Of a stretch of 64,000 nt of DNA, positions 29,244-39,183 are shown piece by piece; the first letter of the stretch is position 1, and each line of letters begins with the position of its first letter. Location: the IMG/VR virus record IMGVR_UViG_3300046804_003469, positions 151,028 to 215,027 of that record. The stretch is one strand, 5' to 3'. Made by a program: the position numbers and the translations under genes. The notes beneath the pieces were generated by a model. It ran no database searches. It was not told the origin of the DNA and saw nothing but the letters and a program-made list of their open reading frames with translations.

Positions 29244-29352
29244 AATGAATTTTGATATATATTAGTGATGGGATTGGAAATTCCACCCATACGCTAAAGC
29301 GGAGTCTTCGGATCCGTAAGTCAAAACACTCGCTTATTCAAGGAGAACTCAA

Positions 29353-29799
29353 ATGTTTAACACTTCAGTTACCAAATACTATACATCTAATAATGGAATT
29401 GAAAAGTTGTTTCAAGATTTAGAAAAAAATTCAATTGGTATGGATGAATGGTTCCATAGAATTGGAACTCTCCACGAATCATCTGCCAATTACCCTCCAT
29501 ATAATTTAATTAAAGAAAGTTCTACAGAGTTTACTTTAGAAATTGCTCTGGCAGGATATAAAAAAGAAGATATTGAAGTGACAACAGAATGGAACAAACT
29601 TTTTGTAGAAGTTAAAAAAGCAAAGACTGAATATGAATATATGCATAATGGAATTGCTCGTAGAGCATTTACTAGAACATGGACTTTATCTGATGATGTA
29701 GTTGTTGGTGATGTTTCTTTTGTAGATGGATTACTCACTATTAAACTAAATAGAGTTATTCCAGATCATCAAAAGAAAAAAGTATATGATATCTTTTAA
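29353..29799 (+). CDS. hsp20: Small heat-shock protein
   Basis: NYPPYNL, EIALAG, GIARRAFTRTWTL, DGLLTI. Confidence 0.95.
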   Translation: MFNTSVTKYYTSNNGIEKLFQDLEKNSIGMDEWFHRIGTLHESSANYPPYNLIKESSTEFTLEIALAGYKKEDIEVTTEWNKLFVEVKKAKTEYEYMHNGIARRAFTRTWTLSDDVVVGDVSFVDGLLTIKLNRVIPDHQKKKVYDIF

Positions 29800-29944
29800 A
29801 GAGTTTATGGAAATCATTCAAGAAAAGGTTGGAGATTTTGGAAATCCACCTTTACCAACTCCAGTAAACTGTTATGGAAAAACTGTGAAATATGCCATGG
29901 CTCCTGGAAAGAAAGTTTGTGCTTTTAAAAGAAAAAGAGAATAA
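29786..29944 (+). CDS. Small protein with capsid-targeting-like N-terminus
   Basis: Unannotated 52-aa ORF MISFKEFMEIIQEKVGDFGNPP...CAFKRKRE. Confidence 0.6.
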   Translation: MISFKEFMEIIQEKVGDFGNPPLPTPVNCYGKTVKYAMAPGKKVCAFKRKRE

Positions 29945-29976
29945 ATAATACGGGTTATCCAAATATCGTCGGCGCG

Positions 29977-30028
29977 GAGGGGAAACTGGCACAATCCAGT
30001 TGACTCCCCTCTTTTTTCATGGTAAAAT
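29977..30028 (+). promoter_or_regulatory. Terminator-like hairpin with embedded sigma70 promoter
   Basis: GAGGGGA..AACTGG/CCAGTT..TCCCCTC + T6; TTGACT(30000)-17 nt-TAAAAT(30023). Confidence 0.7.
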
Positions 30029-30049
30029 TAAAAGAGGTATGAAATTCTT

Positions 30050-30391
30050 ATGACTATAAAACTTGCAATTTTAAAATCTGGGGAAAGTATAATTACTGAT
30101 ATTAAAGAAGGAATTGTAGATGATAAAGTAGTTGCTTACATTTTCAATAGTCCTTGTACAGTTTCTGTAAATGGAACATATAAAATTTTAGATGATAATG
30201 AAGATACTGCTGAGAAATTAAGTCTTAAATTGCAACCATGGCCTTATCTTTCTGTAGATAAAGTTGTAACTGTAGTTTTGGATTGGGTAATTACAATTGT
30301 TGAACCTAATCCAGAACTTAAAGAAATGTACGAAAAAGAGGTATTAAAAAATGGAACAACAGAACATCAAACTACTGATACTGCACAATAA
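30050..30391 (+). CDS. Conserved cyanophage hypothetical (Sm-like fold suspected)
   Basis: IKLAILKSGESII...PW...DWVITIVEP. Confidence 0.75.
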   Translation: MTIKLAILKSGESIITDIKEGIVDDKVVAYIFNSPCTVSVNGTYKILDDNEDTAEKLSLKLQPWPYLSVDKVVTVVLDWVITIVEPNPELKEMYEKEVLKNGTTEHQTTDTAQ

Positions 30392-30626
30392 TGTTATTCT
30401 AATAACTCAAATTGAAGAAGTAGGTTCAGAACTTGGAGAACCTGATTGTAAATTAATTGAACCTTTTGTGGTCAACAAAAATGATCTAACAAACTCAATA
30501 ATTCTTGAACCATGGTTAATTGATGTTACATCACAAAACACATACATGATTCATTCAGATAAAATTCTGACAATCGCTGATCCTAAACCAACCCTCCTTG
30601 AAAAATACCAAAATTTGATTAAATGA
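30351..30626 (+). CDS. Conserved cyanophage hypothetical
   Basis: GEPDCKLIEPF...PWL...SDKILTIADP; ATGA-like coupling to gp43. Confidence 0.75.
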   Translation: MEQQNIKLLILHNNVILITQIEEVGSELGEPDCKLIEPFVVNKNDLTNSIILEPWLIDVTSQNTYMIHSDKILTIADPKPTLLEKYQNLIK

Positions 30627-33118
30627 GATTTTATACCAATGTGCAAATGATCGGGAATCAATTCCTGGTTCGTGGTTATGACAATGGAAAACATGTAATG
30701 TTTAAGGAGGAATATACTCCAACTTTATTCATTAGATCAAATAGACAATCAAAATATAAAACTCTTGATGGGGAAAATGTAGAACCAATTCAACCTGGAC
30801 TAGTAAAAGATTGTCGAGAGTTTTATAAAAAATATGATGATGTCGAAGGATTCAAAATCTATGGAAATGACAAATATGTATCTCAGTATATTTCTGACAA
30901 GTATCCAGAAGATGAAATTAAATTCGATATCAGTAAAATTAAATTAACTACAATTGATATTGAAGTTGCATCTGAAAATGGATTCCCAGATACTGAATCA
31001 TGTTCAGAAGAAATTCTTACAATTACAATTCAAGACTATACAACTAAAAAGATTATTACATGGGGTGTCAAACCATTTAATAATAAACAAGAAAATGTAA
31101 CTTACATTGAATGTTCCAGTGAGCATAATTTGTTATCCAGATTTATCGATTATTGGGATGCAAATATTCCAGAAGTAATTACTGGATGGAACATTCAATT
31201 TTATGACGTTCCATATATCTGTGGTCGTCTTAATAAAGTTGTCAGTGAAAAGCAAATGAAAAGATTTTCACCTTGGGGTCTGATTACAAGAAACGAAATT
31301 TTTATCAAAGGTCGCAAAGAAATTTGTTATGATGTTGGTGGAATTACTCAGTTAGATTATCTAGATCTTTATAAGAAATTTACTTATACCAATCAGGAAT
31401 CTTATCGTCTGGATCACATTGCTGAAGTGGAACTTGGGCAGAAGAAACTGGATCACTCTGAGTTTGATACGTTCAAAGATTTTTACACCAAAGGTTGGCA
31501 GAAATTTGTAGAGTACAATATTGTTGACGTAGAACTTGTTGACCGTTTGGAAGACAAGATGAAACTCATTGAACTTGCAATTACAATGGCATATGACGCC
31601 AAGGTAAACTTTGCAGATGTTTTTTCCCAAGTTAGAATGTGGGATAGCATTATCTACAATTATCTTAAGAAAAGGAATATTGTAATTCCTCCAAAAGTAA
31701 AAACTGAAAAGGATGAAAAATATGCTGGAGCATATGTAAAAGAACCTATTCCAGGAAAATATGACTGGGTTGTATCGTTTGACTTGAATAGTCTTTATCC
31801 GCATTTAATTATGCAATACAATATTAGTCCTGAAACTCTTTTGGAAGAAAGACATCCAACGGTAAATGTGGATAAAATTTTAACCAAAAAAATTAACTTT
31901 GAAGATTGTAAAGATAAAGCAGTTTGTGCTAATGGTGCAATGTACCGCAAAGATGTTCGTGGATTTCTTCCAGAACTTATGGAAAAAATTTATAATGAAC
32001 GTGTAATCTTTAAGAAAAAAATGATTACGGCAGAGCAAGAATATGTCAAGAAAAAAACAAAAGAATTAGAAAAAGAAATTGCTCGATGTAATAACATTCA
32101 GATGGCACGAAAGATCCAACTTAATTCTGCCTATGGTGCAATTGGTAATCAGTATTTTCGTTATTATAAACTTGAAAATGCTGAAGCAATTACGCTTTCT
32201 GGACAAGTTTCCATTCAATGGATTATGGATAAGATGAATTCTTATTTAAATAAAATTCTTAAAACTGGAGATGTAGATTATGTTATTGCTTCTGATACTG
32301 ATTCTTTGTACATCAATATGGGTCCTTTGGTTGAAAGTGTATTCAAGGAAAGAGAGAAAACTACTCAAGGCATTGTTTCATTCCTTGATAAGGTCTGTAA
32401 AATGGAATTTGAAAAGTATATTGAAAGTTCTTATCAAGAATTGGCGGATTATGTAAATGCTTATGAGCAAAAAATGTTCATGAAGCGTGAATGTATTTCT
32501 GAACGTGGAATCTGGACTGCCAAGAAAAGATACATTTTGAGTGTATGGGATAGTGAAGGTGTTCGTTATGAAGAACCTAAACTTAAAATCAAGGGTATTG
32601 AAGCAATTAAATCTTCAACTCCTGCTCCTTGTCGTAAGATGCTCAAAGAGTCATTTAAAATTATGATGAGTGGTACTGAATCAAATATGATTGATTTTAT
32701 TGAGGGGTGTCGTAAAAAATTTAAATCTCTTTCTCCAGCAGAAATCTCTTTTCCTCGTTCAGTAAATGACATTAAGAAGTATCATTCTAGTTCTACAATT
32801 TATGCACATAAAACACCAATCCAAGTAAGAGGTGCTTTATTGTTTAACTACTATGTTAAAGAAAATAAACTAACAAATAAATATTCACTCATTCAAAACG
32901 GTGAAAAAATTAAATTTTGCTATCTTAAAAAACCAAATCCAATTCATGAAAATGTGATTTCCTTTATTCAAGATTTTCCTAAAGAATTTGGAATTGACAA
33001 GTATGTAGATTATGACCTACAATTTGAGAAGGCATTTTTAGAACCACTTAAAACAATTCTTGATGTTATTGGGTGGAATGTAGAAAAAACTGTAAACCTT
33101 GAATCATTTTTCTTCTAA
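30623..33118 (+). CDS. gp43: Family B DNA polymerase
   Basis: Exo [26 protein letters not shown]; no intein. Confidence 0.99.
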   Translation: MRFYTNVQMIGNQFLVRGYDNGKHVMFKEEYTPTLFIRSNRQSKYKTLDGENVEPIQPGLVKDCREFYKKYDDVEGFKIYGNDKYVSQYISDKYPEDEIKFDISKIKLTTIDIEVASENGFPDTESCSEEILTITIQDYTTKKIITWGVKPFNNKQENVTYIECSSEHNLLSRFIDYWDANIPEVITGWNIQFYDVPYICGRLNKVVSEKQMKRFSPWGLITRNEIFIKGRKEICYDVGGITQLDYLDLYKKFTYTNQESYRLDHIAEVELGQKKLDHSEFDTFKDFYTKGWQKFVEYNIVDVELVDRLEDKMKLIELAITMAYDAKVNFADVFSQVRMWDSIIYNYLKKRNIVIPPKVKTEKDEKYAGAYVKEPIPGKYDWVVSFDLNSLYPHLIMQYNISPETLLEERHPTVNVDKILTKKINFEDCKDKAVCANGAMYRKDVRGFLPELMEKIYNERVIFKKKMITAEQEYVKKKTKELEKEIARCNNIQMARKIQLNSAYGAIGNQYFRYYKLENAEAITLSGQVSIQWIMDKMNSYLNKILKTGDVDYVIASDTDSLYINMGPLVESVFKEREKTTQGIVSFLDKVCKMEFEKYIESSYQELADYVNAYEQKMFMKRECISERGIWTAKKRYILSVWDSEGVRYEEPKLKIKGIEAIKSSTPAPCRKMLKESFKIMMSGTESNMIDFIEGCRKKFKSLSPAEISFPRSVNDIKKYHSSSTIYAHKTPIQVRGALLFNYYVKENKLTNKYSLIQNGEKIKFCYLKKPNPIHENVISFIQDFPKEFGIDKYVDYDLQFEKAFLEPLKTILDVIGWNVEKTVNLESFFF

Positions 33119-34122
33119 TGGATTTTTTAAAAGATATTGTAAAAGAGATTGGCGATGACTATACAAAAGTAGCATCAGACATTGATGAAACAGAAACTTA
33201 TGTTGACACAGGTTCGTACATTTTTAATGCACTGGTTTCAGGTAGTATATTTGGTGGTGTATCTGGGAATAAGATTACTGCTATTGCTGGAGAGTCTTCT
33301 ACTGGAAAGACTTTCTTTTCTCTCGCTGTGGTTAAGAATTTTCTTGATACTCACCCCGATGGTTATTGTCTCTACTTTGATACTGAGGCTGCCATTACTA
33401 AGTCACTCTTGGAGTCACGCGGCATCGACACATCTCGTCTTGTCGTGGTTAATGTTGTCACAGTAGAAGAGTTTCGTACTAAGGCACTTAAGGCAGTAGA
33501 TCTCTATATGAAGAAACCTGAAGAAGAACGCAAACCCTGCATGTTTGTGTTAGACTCCTTAGGAATGCTTTCCACGGAGAAAGAAATTACTGATGCACTG
33601 AATGATAAGCAAGTTCGTGATATGACTAAATCACAACTTATCAAAGGTGCTTTTAGAATGTTAACCCTCAAATTAGGACAGGCAAATGTTCCACTCTTGG
33701 TCACAAATCATACATACGATGTCATCGGAGCTTATGTACCAACGAAAGAAATGGGAGGAGGTTCTGGACTCAAATATGCAGCGAGCACAATCATTTATCT
33801 CAGCAAAAAGAAAGAAAAGGATGGAACAGAAGTGGTCGGCAATATTATCAAGGCTAAGACTGCTAAATCGCGTTTGAGTAAGGAAAATAAAGATGTTGAA
33901 ATCCGTCTGTATTATGATGAGCGCGGCCTTGATCGTTACTATGGTCTTTTGGAACTTGGTGAGATTGGTGGACTCTGGAAGAATGTAGCGGGACGCTATG
34001 AGATTGATGGTAAGAAAATCTATGGTAAACAAATTCTTGCAAATCCAGAAGATTACTTTACTGAAGAAGTGATGCAAAAACTTGATGAGATTGCAAAAGA
34101 AGAGTTTAGTTATGGGCATTGA
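33118..34122 (+). CDS. uvsX: RecA-like recombinase
   Basis: [23 protein letters not shown]. Confidence 0.96.
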   Translation: MDFLKDIVKEIGDDYTKVASDIDETETYVDTGSYIFNALVSGSIFGGVSGNKITAIAGESSTGKTFFSLAVVKNFLDTHPDGYCLYFDTEAAITKSLLESRGIDTSRLVVVNVVTVEEFRTKALKAVDLYMKKPEEERKPCMFVLDSLGMLSTEKEITDALNDKQVRDMTKSQLIKGAFRMLTLKLGQANVPLLVTNHTYDVIGAYVPTKEMGGGSGLKYAASTIIYLSKKKEKDGTEVVGNIIKAKTAKSRLSKENKDVEIRLYYDERGLDRYYGLLELGEIGGLWKNVAGRYEIDGKKIYGKQILANPEDYFTEEVMQKLDEIAKEEFSYGH

Positions 34123-34672
34123 ACTAAATGATTTTGTTCATGTTTATGATGATGCTTTAGAACCAAATATATGTCAATTTTTAATTGATTTTTTTGAAGC
34201 ATGTCCAGATAAACATGAACGAATAGATCAAAATCAAAAACCAAATTTTACTCAGTTTAATTTAACTGAAAATCACAAATACTCAGAAGATGTAGAAAAA
34301 GTTCATAATCATCTGATTGCAAAAGTATTTGAATATAAAAAGAAATATTATGAATTTGTAGATGAACGTTGTTTCCCAGAACAACATAATTTTGAACAAT
34401 TCAGAATTAAAAAATATAACAATGATGGTAATGATTTATTTGATACACATGTAGATGTAATGGATCATGAATCATCTAGAAGATTTTTATCTTTTTTCTG
34501 GTACTTAAATGACGTTGAAACTGGTGGTGAAACAATCTTTCAGGATTTGGTAATTGCGCCAAAAACTGGTAAGATGGTAGTGTTCCCACCGCTATGGATG
34601 TTCCCTCATAAAGGGTGCATTCCAATTAGCAACACAAAATACTTGTTAAGCACTTACTTACATTATAAATGA
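34112..34672 (+). CDS. 2OG-Fe(II) oxygenase
   Basis: HVD...[12 protein letters not shown]...FPPLWMFPH...KY facial triad pattern. Confidence 0.88.
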   Translation: MGIELNDFVHVYDDALEPNICQFLIDFFEACPDKHERIDQNQKPNFTQFNLTENHKYSEDVEKVHNHLIAKVFEYKKKYYEFVDERCFPEQHNFEQFRIKKYNNDGNDLFDTHVDVMDHESSRRFLSFFWYLNDVETGGETIFQDLVIAPKTGKMVVFPPLWMFPHKGCIPISNTKYLLSTYLHYK

Positions 34673-36048
34673 TGGACAAAATAGAATTTTTGATTTTAAG
34701 GAATTTATTGCACAATGATGAATATGTTAGGAAAGTAATTCCTTTTATCAAAGATGAATATTTTGAAGATGTGCAACAGAAAATAGTTTTTCAAGAAATT
34801 TTTAAGTTTATTCAAGAATACAATCAATTAGCAACAAAAGAAGTTCTTAGTATTGAAATTGAAAAACGAAAAGATATTGATGAAAAATCATTTCAAGAAA
34901 TAAAACACCTAATCAGTTGTCTTGAAGATATTCCTGTAGAGTTAAATTGGTTGATCAATATCACTGAAAAATGGTGTCGTGATCGTGCAATTTATATTGC
35001 ACTCATGGAATCAATCTATATTGCTGATGGTAAAGATGAGAAGAAGAATCGTGATAGTATTCCTTCTATTTTATCTGATGCTCTTGCAGTAAGTTTTGAT
35101 ACTCACGTTGGACATGATTATCTTGAAGATTATGAACAAAGATATGAATCATACCATAAAAAGGAGGATAAAATTGAATTTGATCTTGAATACTTTAATA
35201 AAATCACGAAAGGTGGTCTCCCTAACAAAACTCTTAACATCGCTCTTGCTGGTACGGGTGTCGGGAAATCTCTATTCATGTGCCATGTGGCTAGCTCCGT
35301 CTTGCTCCAAGGACGGAACGTTTTGTACATTACGTTGGAAATGGCAGAAGAACGCATTGCTGAAAGAATTGACGCAAATCTCTTGAATGTCCCTATTCAA
35401 GATATTATCGATCTTCCAAAATCTATTTTTGAAAATAAAGTTACTAATCTTGCGAAGAAAACTCAGGGAACACTTATAATTAAAGAATATCCAACGGCAT
35501 CTGCCCATGCTGGACATTTTAAAGCACTTCTTAATGAACTTTCACTTAAGAAGTCATTTAGACCTGATATTATTTTCATTGATTACCTTAATATTTGTTC
35601 TTCCTCTAGGTATCGCGGAAACAGCAATATCAATTCTTATACATTTGTTAAAGCAATTGCAGAAGAACTTAGAGGACTCGCAGTTGAATTTAATGTTCCA
35701 ATTGTTTCCGCTACTCAGACTACTCGTTCAGGTTTTGGTAGTTCTGATGTTGAACTTACTGATACTTCTGAATCCTTTGGTCTCCCTGCTACTGCTGATC
35801 TTATGTTTGCCCTTATTAGCACTGAAGAGTTGGAGGGACTTGGACAAATTCTAGTGAAGCAACTTAAGAATCGTTATAATGATCCTACAATCTACAAAAG
35901 ATTTGTGGTTGGAATTGATAGGGCAAAAATGCGTCTATATGATTGCGAACAATCTGCTCAAAATGATATTCTTGACAATCGACAAGAAGAAGAGTATGAT
36001 TATGAAGAAAGAAAACCTAAAAAATCATTTGAGGGATTTAAGTTTTAA
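34669..36048 (+). CDS. gp41: Replicative DnaB-like helicase
   Basis: AGTGVGKS, IDYLNI, SATQTTR, QLKNRY. Confidence 0.97.
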   Translation: MMDKIEFLILRNLLHNDEYVRKVIPFIKDEYFEDVQQKIVFQEIFKFIQEYNQLATKEVLSIEIEKRKDIDEKSFQEIKHLISCLEDIPVELNWLINITEKWCRDRAIYIALMESIYIADGKDEKKNRDSIPSILSDALAVSFDTHVGHDYLEDYEQRYESYHKKEDKIEFDLEYFNKITKGGLPNKTLNIALAGTGVGKSLFMCHVASSVLLQGRNVLYITLEMAEERIAERIDANLLNVPIQDIIDLPKSIFENKVTNLAKKTQGTLIIKEYPTASAHAGHFKALLNELSLKKSFRPDIIFIDYLNICSSSRYRGNSNINSYTFVKAIAEELRGLAVEFNVPIVSATQTTRSGFGSSDVELTDTSESFGLPATADLMFALISTEELEGLGQILVKQLKNRYNDPTIYKRFVVGIDRAKMRLYDCEQSAQNDILDNRQEEEYDYEERKPKKSFEGFKF

Positions 36049-36050
36049 AT

Positions 36051-36461
36051 ATGGCACAAGTTATTGATACAAACAAATATATTGAATTCGTTCGTCAAAC
36101 TACGAGTCCTGCAAGCACTGACTATGCTTCTCTTTTGACTCGCTTAAATGAACTTGAAGTACAAGATACTGATGTTCCTCGTCTTTTGACTGCTGCTCTT
36201 GGGATTAGTGCAGAAGCAGGAGAATTTACTGAGGTTGTGAAAAAGATTTTCCTTCAAGGCAAACCCTACAACGAAGAAAGTGTTTTTCATATGAAGCGTG
36301 AACTTGGTGATATTTGCTGGTATCTTTCACAAGCATTTATGGCACTTGATACTAATTTTGAAGAGATTCTTCAAATGAACTTTGAGAAACTGAGTGCTCG
36401 TTATCCTGAAGGTACATTTGATGTTTATCGTTCTGAAAATCGTGTGGAGGGAGACCTGTGA
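36051..36461 (+). CDS. mazG: MazG-like NTP pyrophosphohydrolase
   Basis: EAGEFTEVVKK...RELGDICWY. Confidence 0.92.
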   Translation: MAQVIDTNKYIEFVRQTTSPASTDYASLLTRLNELEVQDTDVPRLLTAALGISAEAGEFTEVVKKIFLQGKPYNEESVFHMKRELGDICWYLSQAFMALDTNFEEILQMNFEKLSARYPEGTFDVYRSENRVEGDL

Positions 36462-36634
36462 GCAAAGAAAAACAAGTAACGATTAAAATGAATGTGAATT
36501 CAGCAATTCGAGTTCTTGAAGTTCTTGATAATGCTACTGCTGGATATAGTAAAGAACATATTCCAGAAAGAATTGTACTTCTACGTGAAGTTATTGAACA
36601 ACTTGATAAAGAACTTGAAAAAGTAGTTCTCTGA
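36458..36634 (+). CDS. Small hypothetical protein
   Basis: Unannotated 58-aa GTG-start ORF MSKEKQVTIKM...YSKEHIPERIVLLREVI; GGAGG RBS, GTGA overlap with mazG. Confidence 0.7.
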   Translation: MSKEKQVTIKMNVNSAIRVLEVLDNATAGYSKEHIPERIVLLREVIEQLDKELEKVVL

Positions 36635-36652
36635 CCCCGTGAGGGGTTTTTT
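36634..36652 (+). terminator. Intrinsic terminator
   Basis: ACCCC-GTGA-GGGGT + T run; CATAAATA late promoter follows. Confidence 0.75.
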
Positions 36653-36674
36653 CATAAATATTTAAAAAAAAGCA

Positions 36675-37187
36675 ATGTATTTTTCTGAATGGAGAAAGCA
36701 GCAACGTTTAAAAGAAACTTATAATTTTTTTAAAGTTCCTGCAAATAAAATTACTGATGTTCAATTTGCAACAATTATTCATGCTTTTATAAAGTTTGCA
36801 AAAAAATATTTAAAGATAAAATCTAATCCAAAAATTAAATTTGTAAAAGATTCTAAATTTGCCCAAAAGATAGGTGCATTTGGACAAATTACTGGAAAGA
36901 ATGAGATTAAGATTGATATATTAAATAGACATCCAATGGATATACTGAGAACTGTAGCGCATGAATTAGTTCATTTGCAACAACATGAAACTGGAATAAA
37001 AGGATCAGGACACGCTGGAAGTGAAACTGAAAATAAAGCAAATTTAATCGCTGGAAAAATGTTGAGAGAATTTGGAAGTTCTCACTCTGAATTATTTGAA
37101 TTTCCTTCTATTGGTGAAGAAAAGAAAAAAAGAAAAAAAACTTTAGAAATTAATAATGACGAACATTATCCTACTGAACTTTTTTGA
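36675..37187 (+). CDS. HExxH zincin-like protein, late-expressed
   Basis: LRTVAHELVH...ENKAN; late promoter upstream. Confidence 0.7.
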   Translation: MYFSEWRKQQRLKETYNFFKVPANKITDVQFATIIHAFIKFAKKYLKIKSNPKIKFVKDSKFAQKIGAFGQITGKNEIKIDILNRHPMDILRTVAHELVHLQQHETGIKGSGHAGSETENKANLIAGKMLREFGSSHSELFEFPSIGEEKKKRKKTLEINNDEHYPTELF

Positions 37188-37223
37188 ACAATAAATAAAA
37201 AAAGAAGAATTGTTTTTTTAAAG

Positions 37224-38315
37224 ATGGATCCAAAAATTCTTAGAGGACTTACCGAAGCTTACACTGCTGTTTATAATGAAGAACTCAGAGATGAGTTAGA
37301 AGAAATGGCAGATGATTTTGCTGGCATCGAAGATCTTTCCGATGAAGAAATTGATGCAATTGTTGAAGAAACAATTGATGAAATGATTGTTGAGGGATAT
37401 GATTTTGAAGATGTAGAAGAGATCTTTGAAGAGGTTCTTTCAGAAGCAACTGTTACAACTGGTCGTGGTGGATATACTAAACTTAGTTCTGATAAGAGAT
37501 CTGCACCAGTAACCACTGGTTCTGGAAGCAGAATGGCTGCTTCATCAAGATTATCTGCAGCAAAAGCAGCAAAGAGAGAAGCAAAAGTTGCTCAGGTAAA
37601 AGCATCTGTCAAGAAAAAAGTTGCTCAAGTCAAAGCAGCTCCTGCTCAAGCAAAAGCAGCAGCACAGAAGAAAGTTAAAGATGTTAAACAACAATCACAC
37701 GTTGCAGCTGCTAAGTATGCATCTTCTCGTAAATTAATGCCAGGTGCTGGTCTTAAAACTCAGTCAAGCAAAGGTAGAAGAGAACTTCGTGCTGCAGTTG
37801 CTAAGGACATTAAAGGAAGAATTAAGCATAAAATTGCAAAGGCGCAAGTAGGTGCTTATGCTGCTGCAAGAAAAGCAGGACAAGCAGCATCTGATGTTGC
37901 AGGTAGAGCAAAGCAAAGTGCTAAAAATATTGGTGCAAGAACTAAAAGAGGTATCAAAGGTGCAATTAAAGGTGCTGCAGAAAAAGTAGCATCTGGTGCT
38001 ACGAAGGTTGCTCAAAGAATGTCCGAAGATATGGACATGTTTGATGTTATGCTTGAATATTTAATTGATGAAGGTTATGCTGAAACTAATCAAGATGCAA
38101 TTGTTATTATGGCAAATATGAGTGAAGAATGGAGAGAAGAGATTATTCAACAACTTGATGAAATTTCTGCAGATCTTGCTCTCAGAGCATCAAAGGCAGC
38201 AGATGTACAAAGAGGTAAACTTGCTCATGCTGGAGATACTCAAGGTGCATCATCAAAAGCAGCACAGGCAAAAAGACTTTATGATAAGCAAGCAGCAAAA
38301 AGATTAGGTAGATAA
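37224..38315 (+). CDS. Ala/Lys-rich protein with acidic flanking modules (probable capsid-internal protein)
   Basis: LTEAYTAVY N-terminus; basic core; YLIDEGYA...IMANMSEEW module. Confidence 0.75.
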   Translation: MDPKILRGLTEAYTAVYNEELRDELEEMADDFAGIEDLSDEEIDAIVEETIDEMIVEGYDFEDVEEIFEEVLSEATVTTGRGGYTKLSSDKRSAPVTTGSGSRMAASSRLSAAKAAKREAKVAQVKASVKKKVAQVKAAPAQAKAAAQKKVKDVKQQSHVAAAKYASSRKLMPGAGLKTQSSKGRRELRAAVAKDIKGRIKHKIAKAQVGAYAAARKAGQAASDVAGRAKQSAKNIGARTKRGIKGAIKGAAEKVASGATKVAQRMSEDMDMFDVMLEYLIDEGYAETNQDAIVIMANMSEEWREEIIQQLDEISADLALRASKAADVQRGKLAHAGDTQGASSKAAQAKRLYDKQAAKRLGR

Positions 38316-38343
38316 TTTTATAAATACCACGGAAGGTTGCTCT

Positions 38344-38379
38344 AACCCACTTGACTTTCAGTTGAGTGGGTTTTATAAT
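38344..38379 (+). promoter_or_regulatory. Hairpin with embedded sigma70 promoter upstream of tRNA-Ala
   Basis: AACCCACTTGAC/GTTGAGTGGGTT arms; TTGACT(38351)-17 nt-TATAAT(38374). Confidence 0.7.
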
Positions 38380-38440
38380 ATATAATGATAGAGGGTAAGT
38401 CTCTGTTATATCCTTGAGGTATATCACATTTACTCCATCT

Positions 38441-38513
38441 GGGGAATTAGCTCATTTGGTAGAGCACTGCTTTTGCACGGCAGGGGTGAGGGGTTCGAGT
38501 CCCCTATTCTCCA
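38441..38513 (+). tRNA. tRNA-Ala(UGC)
   Basis: Acceptor GGGGAAT/ATTCTCC with G3:U70, anticodon arm CTGCT-TTTGCAC-GGCAG, GTTCGAG T-loop; no encoded CCA. Confidence 0.93.
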
Positions 38514-38560
38514 TAAATAAAAAAACGGAAAAAATAAATAAAGGTATAATAGAAAACAAT

Positions 38561-39166
38561 ATGAAGAAATTTTCCGACTTTATAAACGAAGCAATCATTA
38601 AACCTAAAATTCAAGCACAAAGATTAGGATTAATTGATGATGGTCATGGTGGAAAATACAATACATCTGGAGAACTAGTAGCAAAAACTAGTGGAGACCG
38701 TTTAAAATTTTATAATCAAGGACAACGCTTTGGTAGGGATCCAAAGCAAATAAGAACCCAAAATAATCAACAAGTTGTAGCAACTCAAACTTCTGTAAGA
38801 GAAGAGCAGGATTTGAGAGAAAAATATATTTCTGGTGAGATATTCAAGGAAGGTGAAATTGTTGAAAGTTTACTTAATGGAATGGTTGGTAAAATCATTC
38901 GTAGAGGAACTAATCATTTGATTTGTGTAACTGAAGATAATGTAATGTTTAAATCGTGGATTAAAGATGTAATGGAATATACTGAAGTTAAAATGGATAG
39001 TTCTATGAGAGATAAAACACATCCAAATACTTTAGTTGGAACTTTGGGTGCTTTTAAACATTATGCAAATATGACTCCAGGTGCCGTTGGAACAGGAAAA
39101 GAAAATTTGGCAGCAGGTCAAAAAGCGTATGCAGTTAATTTCATAAATAAGTATAAGAAGAAATAG
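38561..39166 (+). CDS. Hypothetical protein with capsid-targeting-like N-terminus
   Basis: True start MKKFSDFINE (track start overlaps the tRNA); GDGHGG-like motif, GKIIRRGTNHLICVTE. Confidence 0.75.
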   Translation: MKKFSDFINEAIIKPKIQAQRLGLIDDGHGGKYNTSGELVAKTSGDRLKFYNQGQRFGRDPKQIRTQNNQQVVATQTSVREEQDLREKYISGEIFKEGEIVESLLNGMVGKIIRRGTNHLICVTEDNVMFKSWIKDVMEYTEVKMDSSMRDKTHPNTLVGTLGAFKHYANMTPGAVGTGKENLAAGQKAYAVNFINKYKKK

Positions 39167-39183
39167 TATCAAAATTTTTTACA

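Noticed and set aside
38414-38560. N-terminal extension of the 250-aa track ORF
   Set aside because: It runs through tRNA-Ala; the ATG at 38561 gives a sensible start.
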